From contig NMRA01000239.1 in NCBI GenBank assembly GCA_002633005.1, positions 124,001-188,000 of the forward strand: a stretch of DNA of 64,000 nt, read 5' to 3'. The DNA comes from Phoronis australis. Lineage: Eukaryota > Animalia > Phoronida. The translations under genes and the position numbers were made by a program. Below are positions 12,001 to 27,000 of the stretch, piece after piece; positions within the stretch are counted from its first letter, which is position 1; the number at the start of each line of letters is the position of its first letter. The notes beneath the pieces are model-generated. The model was not told the DNA's origin. It searched no databases and saw only the letters and a program-made list of their open reading frames with translations.

Positions 12001-15000
12001 TTATAAACCAAAGCAATCATGTTAACAGGTAAAATACCCTTCGAGGAACCCAACAAATTGAACAGCTATGTAGATGTGTCTGCTATCCATTGATTAAAAA
12101 AATAATTGAGGGGGTCAGATACACGTTGTACCAGATGTGCGCAGACTGGGCATGTGGGCCCATTGCACTGTTCACCTAGAACCATTTAATATATAGTTGA
12201 AACCAAGCTGAGGAGCTGGAAATCTGACTCCAGGGTTTAGCTGTGGGACCCAGTGGGACTCGAACCCGCGACCGCCAGTAAAGAAAGCAGGCACCTATCA
12301 TCTTCTGTTTTAACCACAACTAGTTTTTTGACATTTTTCTCAGTAATGTAGATTGCCAACTGCCATAAGGTTCTGTGCCGGGTTGCATGAAATGGTCCTA
12401 AATAGGAATTCATCTAAAGTCTCTAAATTTTTTATGTATTTGTGGAGTTGTGATAGCACTGATTGTCTCTTCTTATGCTGTTTTCATTTCATAACTAAGT
12501 CAAATTTCTCTGTGATCCAAAGCGAGAGTGAATTCTACATTGAATTCTTAATATTATTGAAAAAATAAGTAGTAATGATCTTTTCATGCAATGGTCCTAA
12601 TTTAAGGACTAAGTCCTCATTTACTTTTAGAATTAAGGGCTCAATTTTTAATTATATTATCAGAAAATGTCATTATAGTTAAACAGGAGCTCAAATAACA
12701 AAAATAAAATGAAAGAAAAAGATAACATCTGTGAGATATGAACGACACAAATATGCAAAAGATTTAGTGAACTTGGTCAAGTCCCTATTCGGGACCATTT
12801 CATGCAACCGGGCACAGTGCCTCTACAATTTTGGCACACATGTAACTGGCACTGGTAATAACTTTAGTTACTTTTACTCTTATTTTCATGCTTTCGCATA
12901 TAAGTTGCAAGCTTTCTCTTGCAAATGTGATTTGTTTTCAACTCTTCTGAAGCACTTAAATTTGAAATTCCCGTTTTTGTTGCATCCTGCTCATGTTGCT
13001 ATGCATAATGAAATGTTATGGTTTTCATTGTGCCTGTCCTAGATGGAACTCTGCCTTTTTTTCAAAGGTTGAAAAATACATTGCGTGACTCTCCTACTTC
13101 TCAAAATGTCAGCAAGCACGTCCAGCTTTGATACTGCCCCCTTTTGTGATTTTCTTGGTGTCGTCATTGCATATTAAATTGCAATAACACAAGTTTGCCT
13201 TAAGTACAGTAATTAATTGCATAATAATTAGGATATGAGATAGTGCATGGTACAGTTGTAGAAGCAAGACAGGTACTCGACACACCAGCTGCATTGTGAG
13301 TAAATACCTTAAAATGAGAGTGGTGCTGTATTATTTCAGGGCGAGCCTTTTCTCAAAGTAGCATTTTTTGTCGTGCTCATCTGGGACACCGAACGCAGGC
13401 ATTTAAACACGACTTATTTCTTTTGGATTCTTATACAAACTTGTGATTCAAGTGTATGTCAAAGTAGAACATGGTCTTATCCACCGCCAAAGGCAAAAGT
13501 GATATAATAATAATAATAATAATTATAATAGTAAGTGTCATTCCATTTGTCGGTGGATGCAGACAGTAATATTTTGTATAAAGCTCCTACATTTCTGTGG
13601 AGATTTCAATCAAACTTACAAAAAATATGCTCTCAAAGTGCCATAGCGCATATCTACACTCATTAGCAATTCAGTCGCATTTTCTTGAATTTTTGTCCGT
13701 TCTTGATTTCCACCTGTCCACATAGGGAAATGCTCGTCTATGTGCAACTCCTACATTTCTCAGGGGTTTAGACCAAACTTTCAAAATAGTACAGGGATAT
13801 TCCTGGATTGCGCCTTTGCGCCATTAGCACATGAAAAAATAAAAAGGCGCAAATACGTTGCAGCAGTGCCCCCCCCCCCGGGCACATCTTTTGAAACGCA
13901 ACAGTCTTCCATAAATGCAAGATTCAAGTCAACTTAGGTAAAATATGGCTCTGTTCTTATTTCGATTGCCCTTGGTATTTCTGTTTCATATATTGCCACT
14001 TTAATTACACTAAGTCTGCTGGGTACGTCTTTTTGAAAAAAGGCTCAATTTTTTATCACCAGGTGCGCCCAAAGGGCACAGGTTCAAACCTGGTCAGGAA
14101 TGTCCCTGCAGTGTGATGATGAAGTGGTGTAGCTCATATACTTTTAGCATTTTTGCAGTTCTACCGTATTTTTCTGAGTTTTGTCCGTTCTTGATTTTCA
14201 TTCAGCCATGTTGAGTAATGCTCTTGTGTGCGGAATTCCTACATTTATCGGGATTTTGGTCAAACTTTTAAAAAGGCCTGTTTTTAGAATGTCGTAATCC
14301 ATATTATCGAATTTTTCGTATTAAACAGTATTTTCCTGAGTTTTGCCCCGTTCTTGATTGTCACTCATGCGTGTGCGGTAGTGCTATTCAGTGCGCATCC
14401 AAACTGTCAAAAAGTTTGCGCATGAAGTGCCATAGTAGTGTTGTATCATTGGCAATTTGGAGTGGGACTGTATTTTCCTGAAAGCGGCCTGCCTTGCATG
14501 TTGGTTTATGCTTAAAGATTCTCCGTACTACTACTGAACCATCGGCGCGGTATATCAATGTCCGTGACTGTGTTTGGAAACTGAAGAGGGGGTTTAACAT
14601 AGATGAGTATACTTCTGTAAAAATTCAATTTGGGACAAAAATAATTGAAAGGCTCAAAATTTTGCCAAATGCTACATGGTAATAGCTCCGCCATGCAAAC
14701 CATACTAAAGGCAAAATATATATTCTTGAAAATTTATTTTTGTTGAGAAATTTGACAAAATAAAATTACATCTGTTCGCCATATTGTGTCCCAAACTGAA
14801 GAATGAGCGGAGTCAGCTCAGCTGACCATAAGAAGAGCTGATCTGTTGTCATTCTTTGTACTAAGGGGCTGACCTACATGTTTGTTGACATCACAAAGAG
14901 GATTGTTTCAGTATTACATAAACTCAAGATTTACCAAATGTGATTGACCTAAGCCAGACATGAGTGAAATATAGTCATGCTGAGTTTCTGTGCAGGCACT

Positions 15001-18000
15001 GGGGGAAATTATGTGACTGAGCACTACTTGATGTCTGTTGCTCTTGGAAATGTACATATGGGCATATATATGGGGGGGGGGCTTCCCTCGACCCATCTTC
15101 ATTTTAGTAGTACTGGGATCAGCCACAGACTTTGTTTCCATTATACACTTCAAAAGTTTATTTTTTTGGAAAGAATCTGTCTTCGTTCTTGCAAGAAACC
15201 ATGTTTATTCGGTTCCATAATTAGATGGGCATGGTGACTTTACGCGAAACTGTTTGAATAACATGTTTTTTCATATGTAGAATATGTATATCCACTTGGT
15301 GCGCCAGAGAGCCATGCTGTGATTGGCTAACAATGCTTTGACCCAGTAACTAAGAAACTGGTGACTGACTTCCCATGCTGTAAACGTTGCTTTTTTCTGT
15401 CGCTTCCGAAGAGAAATTTTTGAAATAGACGTGCATATCACATGATGTAGGGGCAGGTGGAGTAGATAAATATGCTATCTTGCCTTATATGCTAAAACAT
15501 CGCCAATGACTTGGCGCATTTTGAACGCACGTTCCCACAATGTCAGTGTTAAAGTGATTGAGGAAGCACATGTGACTATCCCCAACCACGCCATCCAAAC
15601 TAGAGCATCAGTCAGTTACCACACCCGCCCTCAAACCTCAAAAGGTTTCAAAATTTAGGTCAGTGTGTGATGCAAAGGCCACACTCAATCTTGGGTTGAT
15701 CTGCGTTGCAAGGAATCTGGCTCTTGGCACGGGGAAAGCCGCATTTTCTTGGTAGGATAGGAATTCTTGTGGTCACAGCTGGCGACATCTGCTTAATAAA
15801 AAAATGACGTTTGGTCAATGTTTGGCAGCAAATTTGTTGACTACTAATACTAATTAGAAGTTTTGAATCCAGAAAAGCATGGTAATTAAAAAACAGGGCT
15901 AACTAATTTTGGGCTGGGTGACTTGATTCGCTGGCGCCCTGAAGACAACCGGGCTTTTTAGGCCTAGGTATATCCCAGGTATTACCTCGAAGGATGGCTG
16001 GTATATGTTTACGGGCTGCTGCTGGAAAACAAGGAAAATACGTGAGCTGAAAAGGGGATCCCTTGATGGGCTATAAGGGGGTTATGGAAATCAAGTTAAG
16101 GCCAGTGTTTATAGTGTTTCTTAATTCACATGTGATATAGAATTAAAAGGACCAACTTCACGGATTAAGACTGAAAAAACATCCAAATTTGGCAAACTTC
16201 TTAACATCATATCTCAGAGATAGATGGCAGATTGGATTCATATGAATCTATATGTGATGCACTGTTCTCTAAAATTCTGTTGAGAATTGTTTTTAAAATG
16301 TTCCACTTTCGCATTAGGCGCTATAAAAATTGGACTTCTATGATTTTCATGGAAAAAATCGAAATCGAAAATTACATAAAACGAAAACAAAATGATAATT
16401 TTGAAAACTGTAATTGGGTTTTTGAGATTTCGTCTTGAACATTTAAATCAAAGCATATTTGTTTATGTTACTGATACTTTGTTTTGCAATGAATGCGGTA
16501 CCTTAATATTTTCAATATATTTTAGTATAAGCATGATCACAGGACCCAATTTTAAAATGGGAGATTCGTAAAGACAAAAGTTAATTTTTACAAGCTTTCT
16601 AGTTAGAAAACATGTACTGTTACCAAGTGAAATGCTGTAGTTATGCAGCTATTTGGCTAAATACAAAGAGTTGCCAATGAGGTCCTCTGTAACTTACTGT
16701 GTTGTCTATGAGGTCCTCTGTAACTTACTGTGTTGTCGATGAGGTCCTCTGTAACCTTACTGTGCTGTCTAGGATTCTGTTAGTTGTTGTTTTTGTTTAG
16801 TTTGATTTATGTCCTATGTAAGATGAGGGCGCCCTACTCAATTGTAATTCCAGGCCTGATTTGGATGCCCTATCTCAACAGTGTCATGTGGTGGTTCCTA
16901 GATGCGGCCTGAATACATGTGGTAGAAATCATCTCCTTTCTGAAAAACTGTGCATACCACACTTATGCCTATGCATTTCTTAGGCAGGTTTATTACAATA
17001 GTTTATGTGAATATGCACACAGTCAGATCAGGTTGTCAAGCATGCCATGCCATTCAAGAGTCATGCGTGAACATGAACGCTCATTGATTGCCCTTGCTTG
17101 TCCCCTAGGCCTGTTCAAAGTAGTTGAAGTTGGTGATGACATGCTTATTGTTTGCTGTGAGTACCTGCACTTACTCATATTGGCATGCTTACCACTTAGC
17201 TGGGTCACCAATTTTGGCTGCTGCTTACCTGGTTTCCCATCTGCTGAACCTGCTTTCAATCTTTAATACACACTAACTTTTCACTGTTTTTCTTGGATAC
17301 GAAGACTCTGCCTTGAATTTGGCTGCTTATAAAGGACCTGTCTTTTGTTATTTGGTGCTTGAATATTACTTTAGTAGTTGCTGGTTATTTTAGTTGATAT
17401 TGATCTGTACACCGTAATGGACCAACAGATGTTTTATACCACACTGAGTATTTGATTATTAGATAAATGTGGTTAGGTTCTGAGAATGCGGACGTTTCTC
17501 AAAGCATTACTGTAGTCAGATCCTGGCCTCACTGTGAATGAACTACAGACCTTTCCATATATCAATACTGCCACTATCGAATAAGTACCAGCAAGCCACC
17601 CAAGTTATCGGTCTTCTCAGACTAGTGGTTGTTCCGGTGAAATTTTTCTAGGTGGTCTTTTATTTGCTTAATGACACAAGACTGCTGGCACATACTTAGA
17701 CCTGTCTAGTGCTACCTGATTATTCGACAGCTATCAAACCACAGCCTGTTTCTTCAGCTTGTTAAGTGTTGCATGCCTTCTGTTAAGACTCATGTTCTCT
17801 GTGTCTTCTGTTTTCACTGTTACTTCACGTACTTCATGTCTTCAGATGAGGAAGAAGAAGACCTGGACAGTTTCGAGCGTCCAGACAAGAAGGAGCTACA
17901 GAACACACTGAAGACGCTCAACTCAAAGCTTGGGGACTTGAATATCTGCAATGACCTGATCTCCAAACACGGCTCTGCCCTGCAGAGGGCGCTTGGGGAA

Positions 18001-21000
18001 GTGGAACAGATTGACGCAGGCGAGGATGTGTCTCAGAAGATCAAGACAGTGCACGAGCGAGCTACGCTTCTTCGCATCACCACAAACGCAATGATTAAGG
18101 TACAACACTACTCACGCGCACAGTCTGTTCGGTCGCATGTATATTTTGGTGTCTAGTTTGGAGAATAATAGTCTGATGCTAGTGTGGATTTTGTTATGGA
18201 GTGCTTTCTGACTCAAGTATGTGATAAGCAGATAACAGCCTTGGTAACCCTAGAAAAGCCCAGTGCGTTTAATGCAGCGTTCTTTTCCGCTGCGCTTTTA
18301 TTCCGTGGGAAATGTTTTTAGGGTGCATTACTCTTTCGCTGCTAATTATATATGAGAAGTAAACTGTGCTCGCAGGGATTTGAAAACACTGTATGAAAAT
18401 CGGGGCCATTGTCAGTCATTGGTCAGTTGCCATGACGTGAGGTGCTAGTGTAATGCTATGCTACTTACTACGAATAGTGTTGAAGATTTGCTGCAAGAGA
18501 AGTACTAGGAGGTGACTACGTTCAAAATTACAGCTGATAATCCAAGTTCAGTTCCAGTTCCAAAAAGCCATATAAGTGTTGCAGGTATTCATAAAAACGT
18601 TCATCGTAGTGCACTTGGATGTGTGACAGCTCTCTTAAATTACGTCCGATTTGTTAGCTCTTCTCTATAAAATTTAGTCCACAGGATGTCTTGTAGTCAC
18701 TGCCTAGACTAGTTATCCTCAATCAAATAATAACAGAATTCGATAACAATTCACCATTTTGCAAAATTGCTCCAGTGATGGATTTGGTGCGGAGTGGTGG
18801 CTAAAAAGGAAACGCAGCCATTTTTTTATGATACATTTAGTAAACCTGAAGATCCCTGGGTATCTTGAAAATGCATCTTTGAGTGTTACCCTGGTGTGTG
18901 TGTGTGCACTATCCATGGTATGGTGGAAAATGACATTAGTTACTCGGCAAAAGGCCTGCGAATCACCTTGGTTCAGCATTTGAATATGGAAGAAACATAA
19001 TATCCTGCTCGCTGTTAAATACAGTCTGGGCGTGTCTTTCGCATTTGCTCAGTGAAAGTGAATGTAGAACGGGTCTTTGCTTGGACGCAGGGCTTTGTCT
19101 AGCGAGTGTCCAAGGCATCCAGTTGGATGGCCAGTGTCGGATTTCGATGCCTTTTGGAGGACACCCAGACTCGATTTTGGATGCTGAGTTTCATATCAGT
19201 TTCTATTTTTGGACTCCCAGTTTATTTTTGTCAATCAGAGATGGCGTCTCTGAGTGAATGGCGAGAGTGCTGAGCCAACAATTTTCATGTTAAGCAATGG
19301 CCAAGCGGCATGAAAAGACTAATCACAGCTGGATTTGTGAGGCCCACTTGCTCCTGGATTATCCTATTGACAATCATTTGTCAATGTCATAGATTTATCA
19401 CATAACCCTTTATGTGGGTGCAGGGGTTTATACAGGGGCTGTCTTCAGGATTTTTTCTTTGGTCTGGTTCGACGAGACGGAGTGAATTTAAAAAGACGGG
19501 AAAAAGTTTAGAAAGTTATTTGAAGTGACGGCCATTTTCTTAATATTGTTGGTTGGTCGGTCGTCGCTCAAATAGATCAACCGTCAGTCATTTCAGAAAT
19601 AAGAAATTTACTGCTCGAAAAGTGTTTTCTTAGCGCAGTTTTCAGTATTCTTTTCGCCATGTGACGCTGGTTGGACAAGGGCAGCAAATCTTTGAATGGA
19701 AATGCTTTCAACGACTCTGATTGATTGTTTCTTAGATGAACATTATTGTTTTACTTTGGTGCATTTCTCATTATTATCGGCCAATCGAAATTAAGCTCGT
19801 CTCATTACCAGCGGATTTTTTCTGCATACATCCAACATTGGCATTTTTATAATTCACTCCAAACTTGAGATGGTTCTCAACGGGAAGAATGGGTTAGGGA
19901 CAATCCTAAAAATATTGAGAAATGGCATGGTTGCAAACGTTTGGCAATATAGTTGATATCTTTTTGGAAAAAATGACTTCAACAGGCCTTACTGTCCCGT
20001 CTAAGTAAATGGAAACTGTTTACTGGACCTAATTACATATTCAAGATGTTGGACAAAACCGTAGACCCGCATGTTGTGCAGTTTCTACAAAAATATGGGT
20101 TGTGTTGAGTTTTAGCGTTGGATGTACGAACTTCAGAAAGTCGGATAGTAGACGTTGCGAATGTGTTGACCATAAGAATGTTGCGTAAGACATGAGACTT
20201 GAGTGCCATCTTCAAAAGTTGATACGGATCACCTGACACAGAACGAGTTGTTCCAGTGTGTAAACGGGGCTGACACGGAGCAAATTGAAACCGCGGTGAC
20301 AAATTTTGCCACCCGTTTGTGAGGTAGAGCAATTTACGCCCGAACATCTTGCACCGTATCAATTATATGTCTCAACGCGAAACTGGGGCAAGGCGGAAAG
20401 GATCATCTGTACTGCGTTTGCCTAATGACCTATGTACGGGTTCTTTGTCTCTGCAACTCGTCATTTGTAAACCTGCGCATGTGTGATGTCACCCAGTCTC
20501 TCCAGCTTGCAATTTCCGTCTTGCCACAGTTAGTGAGTTGTGGGTGCAAACGGCTGGTAGACACGGGTCAATTTGCTCCATGTCAGTTGCGTCGGGCCAA
20601 AAGTTTATGTCTAAAAGGGACTTAAGAGGAAATATAGGTTTGACTGTTCAGACCCTGTATGATTGAAGTGTGACTCCTTTGCCAAGACACCTCACTGGGA
20701 CAGTCTACTTCGTGGGAAGGCAGGACATCATTGCTGTAAAGTTTACCTCTATTTAGATATTTTAATCAACATTGACACCATTAGCATGAACGTTGCAATG
20801 TTTTGTGAACAAAATGTTTCCGCATACAGTTTCAAACACATCTGTATAATGAGTAAACCAAGGGTTTATATTTTGCCAATGAAAGTTTTGTTATAACTTC
20901 ACAGTACTATGCTATTAGATGGGTAGACACACTACTTTGTGGTGCAGCGGTACCGGTGGAGCGCCAGCGCTGGCAAAAACAAGGCGTGTTCAGTTAAAAA

Positions 21001-24000
21001 TTTTTTGGTAAATTTGGGCTCCCAGTTTTGGAATCCTGTATAAATCCTTTTTTGGGTGTAATCCATCGTGTTAGTACTGGTCCTCATCAAGTGTTCTTTT
21101 ATTTACAGACATTTCACTCATTATAGTGAACGACACCTTTTGCAATACACAATGTCGGCTGTCTTGCAAAGTTGTGCTTTCCTGACTTTAGTCAATACTG
21201 TAATGAATAAAGTTGGAGCTGTTAGCCGTTACAAGTATTAAACAAAAGCAAGTAGGCAGTGTTTTGAGCCAATTATCAACAAAACTGCAGACTGTAACCC
21301 ACTAAACATATTTTTTTTCTGAAAGGAGATAAATTATGGAATTTAATTTCATACTGTGCCTTCAATTAGGACCATGATTTTCAGTAAAATTTAGAAAAAA
21401 GGTGTTTTGGAAGGTGCATCTAAAGCGAAACAGCAGTATCACTAACATGGCCAGTTTTATTTTCATTTTAAAATATTTTATAACTTTATCTGAATACAGT
21501 GACATACAGGTAGTTTAACTAGATTCTTAATAGTTATTGTGTGCACTTACCTACATGAAAGTTGAAACTAGAATTGACCTAGCTCATACTGCAGTGCTGG
21601 ATGGCTCAGGTTCTGGTAACTTGTAAGCCCTCTGCCTTCACAATCTCTTCTAAACATTCTTAGCTTTTAAATTCCAGTGGTTTTTGTATTTCATAAATCT
21701 GTTTCGTTCACTGTTACAGTATTTGTTATATTTCGTTTAAATATTACACCTTTTATTAGTGCCTTTCACTTCTTTTCTGTACCACAAGGCTTAAATATTT
21801 TGCAATAATTGACCAAACTTTTAAATATTGGTGGGGCGCCACGCGAGGCCTTGAAATTCCTGTTCGCTAAGACAGAAAGATGGATGCCCATTTGAAATTT
21901 GGGGTCACCTTGGACACCCAGTTTCCAAAATTCTGGACCAAGCCTGCTTGGACATCTCCTCTTTAGTGTCATTTATGACTTAAACCAGTTTCCTGTGTTT
22001 AAGTTGAAAGAATAAGATAAACCTAGGCCATGGCTGTGGCTACTGATATACTAACGCAGAGTGGCCAAGGTGGTTATAGCAACGAAAGAATATTTAATAA
22101 CATAATTTGGCCATCTAAATACTGCTTGCTTGTTCTATTAACAATTGAGAGGATGAAAAAAGTTGTTAATGTCACTTTGCTTTTGAAAGTTAGTGTTTAA
22201 TATGTGAATTGCAATCTTTTGCATTCTGGGGACTTTTACTTGTCAATAAACTTTGTCTCAAGAAATTGTCCTAAAGATCTACAATTTAACAAATTGTTGT
22301 TAAGGAAATTCATTTTCCTTGAATCAGATGTTGATTTTTTAATCTATGTCTTACCAACTTGACTCCATGTCTAGCGGAGTGTCGATGTATTTGTCAAGTT
22401 AGCTGAACCTTTTAGTCTGGCTGTCATAGTTAGTTGACACAGTTTGAGGTGTGAGTCATCAAAATTATTACAAAATGGGCACAAGGAAACAATTTGTAGG
22501 TGTGTGTTTTTTTTAATTTTAGTTGTTGCCCATGTGGTCAGATAATAAATGAATCCAAGTGCTCATTGTTACAGAACAATGAATATTTGAAAAAATATCA
22601 GATATTAACTCGTGCTGTTATGGAAAGCGACACCTGTTGATGACTTTGATAACACTTAAGTTAATTGCGTTGAAGTCATGACCTCTGCTTTTATTAAATC
22701 CACGTATTTACTGTGAAGTTGCGCTCTTAACTTAGATCCAAGACTGAAGTTAACCATTCATATTGACGGGCACTTTTCAGAACATTGACGGATCCACGTT
22801 GGCAGGCTTATGAACAGCGCAGCGCATCACAGCACAGCCCAGTGCGAATTAAGGACAACATTCATTGTCGTTGTCTTTAGAAGGAATTCTGGTTCATTTT
22901 GTCCAATTGTGTTTGCAGTGTTTGCCCGAGGCTGTATTTTCGTGCCTTTTGACGCAAAAAAGTTAACAAAGATGCACTATGAGATTATTGGTGTTGCTGT
23001 TGACACAAGTTTGAAAAGTTGTAAAAATATCAGACTGTATTTTTTATTGATAAAAGTTCAAGGTATTCCTCCTTTTTCCAATACTCTATGTGTGTCTTTT
23101 CACACTAATGTGTTGTTCATGTTCTGTTTTTGACTTCAAAAACCGTTTCAATCATTTAGAAGATGTGGGTAGGGTTGGGTTGGGGTTAGGGTTTAGGTAG
23201 TTGAGGCTGGGGACTATGGGCTAGGACTAGGGTCCGTGGGGGCCCAGTTTTTGGACGAGTAAGGCTAATTCTGTGTGTGGCATGTGTTTTTGTAATGCTG
23301 AAGTATAATTCATGATATTGCACATTGAATTGCTTGTTCAATGGTGTTTTTCTCATGAATTTGTGAATCACCCTAAATGCTTGTTCTCCAGTGCTGATAT
23401 AAATGTCTCTTTAGGATAAGTCTTCAACAATTCTGGTAAGGATCAGTTTTAATGTGGGTTTTGAGATCCTTTTCATGGGCCAGGATATTAATAATTTCCC
23501 TTGTATAATCTTGTTCTGTATTTTGATTGTCCATGCAGAAGTAATGCGAAATGTTTGTCACTTTTAACACTCAGTATTAATAGATGTATTAAGCCAACTT
23601 TTGTCTCTGGCATTAATATGATAGCAATGTTAACATAGCCTGCACTTAGTTATAGAAGTGTCGGGTGACATAAAAAATTAACCAGTCACCAGAGTGACTG
23701 TCGGCTGTCGCTCCACCCACTCTGTCCCGTGACGCAGTCTTAGAAAAACTTAGACAATAGCAGTAAGTAATTCAGCGTGTCTAAGTGCCCAGGCAAGTTT
23801 GGATAACATTTTTTGTATATAGGTCGTCATTGCAAATTCATGCACGACAACTGGCTAGCAAATTTTGATCCAATTTTGATATTTTTTTTTGTATTTGTGT
23901 TAATATTCTTTTTGACTTAAGATGTTGTTTTGAAGCCACATAGTAGGGTCTTTCGGTCATGAAGCAAAGGCCAAGAATAAAAATTCAGATGCCCTTGAAA

Positions 24001-27000
24001 AAATAATTTAAAAACTTTCTTAGTGTAACAAAGTCGTGAATGATTGTTTAAGCATCAAGGAACTTTCCACGTGTTGCTTTTTGTTCATTCTGTAGAAATT
24101 GTGAGAAGATTCGCAAAAATCAGGGATTCCAAACATGGCCACTTAATTCTTATTGTGAATGAACTAGTTGAAGTGGGTCGAAAATATCTTCATTTCACAA
24201 AGGTTGGTCCAAATTTGAGCTTTCTGATTGATTGCATTGGAAAATTGAAAGATGAAATTCCCAATTAGGAATTGGGAAAAGGTTTCCGCAGCCTCGTGAA
24301 GTGTTGTCACCAGTGAGGTCAAGGTCAATGGTTTTGTAGTATTGCCTATTTTCCCAGGATACTCTATGTACAACTTATACTTACTCGACATATTTGCATT
24401 TTAATGGAAGTGTATGTATAAACAAAATACGTCTTTGGTAATAATCGTCTTCCTTGTATGAAAGCATGCAGCTGCTAGTTTCCATTGACGGTGTTGGCGT
24501 TCCATCACTGGCCATGTAGTAGCCGGCATGCTTGAAAGGCACCCAGGGCATTTTTTCTTGATTTTTCTTGTGTTTTACCAGTTATGGAAGTGGAATAAAT
24601 GATACTCCACATTTAAATAGTAAGATTATTTGGGGTCTGATACACAAACTGTCTGTTGACACCTTGTAATAACTTGGCTTCGAAATCCACCCACGCTCCA
24701 TTTGTCATATACAGAAAAACGTCTTATGAAATTGTTTGCTCGTCATTGACAGACGTTTGGATGCTACTACGAGTGACACCTGGTGACTGGTTAATTCTTT
24801 CGTTGGTGGTGGTTTTTCCTCAAGTTGTTTTTTAATTGCACGAAACAGATGGATGTTAAAATGATAAATTCAAATGTTGAATCAATTGGATTTTTGTAAC
24901 ATTGAAGCCTCATAGAATAGGAGTGATCTACTTTAGATGGAAGGTTACTGTTAGCAATCGCACAGTCTGTATTTGTGTTTTAAAACTGAATTTGTGATCT
25001 GCCACTGACAAGCATTTCATTTGATGTAATATTTGAATGAAATTTCTAGTCGCGTGTTTGGTGCTTAACTTGAACACAACCTTGAAATAACTTGGTCATA
25101 GCGTTATGTAGAATAAGGTTGGTGTTGATCAAGTCTCGAACCTTTTGGGAAATCTCAAGTTTACTTTGACGGGATTTAGGTTTATGGGAAAAGAGGTATT
25201 TGTTCCTGACCTTCATAGGAAGCAACTAAAATATCTTGAACTGTTGAACAGCAGTGTTTTCTAATGGTGCAAACATTTAAGATAAATACTCTATTTTCCA
25301 GTGAAAATGTTTTAGTGCTTGTTTTTGACAGCTGTAATTTATGCCTATGAAAGAATAGCTATGTCAGTGATTTATGTTCAGACTAATTTTATTTACATTA
25401 TTTTGCTTGTCTCGCTAGTGTCTGAGTTACAAAGTGGCGAGTGTAAAATGATGGTTCAAACGTGCGAGGTTAAACTGCATATATTTGTATTTCAGTCCTA
25501 TAGCTTTAGGCATTGTTCTGTTATATGATGTGTATACCATATTGCAGATGTGATTCTCAAAGTTGGGTTGCGTAAGACATCTGTCCACTGGACTAATTTG
25601 ATTGTTGGCCGAGCTCAAACGAATTGTCCTATAGGAGCTTTGTGATGTGTTATAGTGTGACATTGATGGCGGTATTCAGTTTCATTATTAAGCAATCGAG
25701 TGCTTAGACTTACCCTCTGTGCTGCTCGTTTCAGGCCTGTTCTGATTATCATGACCTGGCTCAGAGTCAGGGTCACCGTTGGCAACGTATGTTGCAACAT
25801 GAACACGAACAGAGGCTACGATTGGAAGATATGGTGGAGCAGTTGGCACGGCAACAGAACAATCTGGAGAACGCGGCCAGGAAACTACAGAATACCACCG
25901 GTGCAAAGTCACCCAAGCCGAATAACAGTGAGTGCTCATTACCAGTTTGTGTTAGGAAATGTATTTGTGGAAATGTAGTAAGAACGTTGGAATACTACCA
26001 CCTTGAGTAAGAATTTCAAATGCCATTTGGCGACAAGTTAAGAGATGGCTTCTGTGTAGTCCTTCTAGTGGTATCAATACCCGTGTATGGTTTGTTGGCT
26101 CTGTCTGAAAGACAAACCACACTGAAAATTATAGACTTTCATAGCTTAAGGTCTTTGCAATGTGTTGTACAGTATTACTAATTGTAATTTGTGATTTCTG
26201 CTGGATTTTTGTTCAATTATATTGTAATTCTTGGAGATAATATCTCCATAATTATTTTGTTTTCTGCTGATGTGATCTTTCTAAAACAGTTCTAGATTTT
26301 CAACAATTGAATCGTGACACCTTGATGTTGCCATATCATTTGAATGATTCACATATAAATTATCCGCTTTATACAATGTCATGGGTAAAACTACACTTGA
26401 CGGGTAAATTAACTTAAAAAAATTCTCCTACTGTAAAATTATATTCTGCACGAATAGAATGTTTGATCTATAGCAATGCTGGTACATTTGTGTTTTGAGG
26501 TACTGCATGCATTTATTTGTTACACGGGTTATTTTAGTCTGGGCACTTCTTTCATAGTGAGGTGCTCTCATTCACGGAGATGATGTCAATTTTTTGAGCG
26601 ATTTGACTAGTGTCGTCCTTTGCCCAGCATGTTGATGATACACTGTGGGTGACTGAGTGAGTTAAGTCCTAGCAGCGGCTTAGTTTAAAGGTTTCAGCTG
26701 ATCGGTCATTGTCAGTGTTAGTACTGCTGATCTTGTTGGTATTTAACATTATGGATAAACTGCCGTGACCATGTAAAACATATAGCGTGAGATTTAATGC
26801 AACTGCACATTTACTTGATGACACGCTGGGAAATGGACAGCTTTCAAAGTCGACCATGACAAGTTTTCAGACAAAAGTGTCTTGCTTTTTCAAAGGGAGG
26901 CGATGCAAAGCAAGCATTGGTAAAGAAATGTAAACTTGCTTTTCTGAAAGTGTATAATTGTACTTTCAATTTGTTTTCCAATTCAGCTTTTATGTGCTGT

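Larger units (their letters stand above)
8410..12341 (+). repeat. Tandem near-identical duplication (8410-10512 / 10515-12341) joined by a single n
   Basis: Scattered SNPs and small indels plus one 276-bp indel; n at 10513. Confidence 0.9.

Noticed and set aside
18843-18875. Hammerhead-like CTGAAGA...GAAA
   Set aside because: No stem II independent of the core and no flanking stem I pairing.
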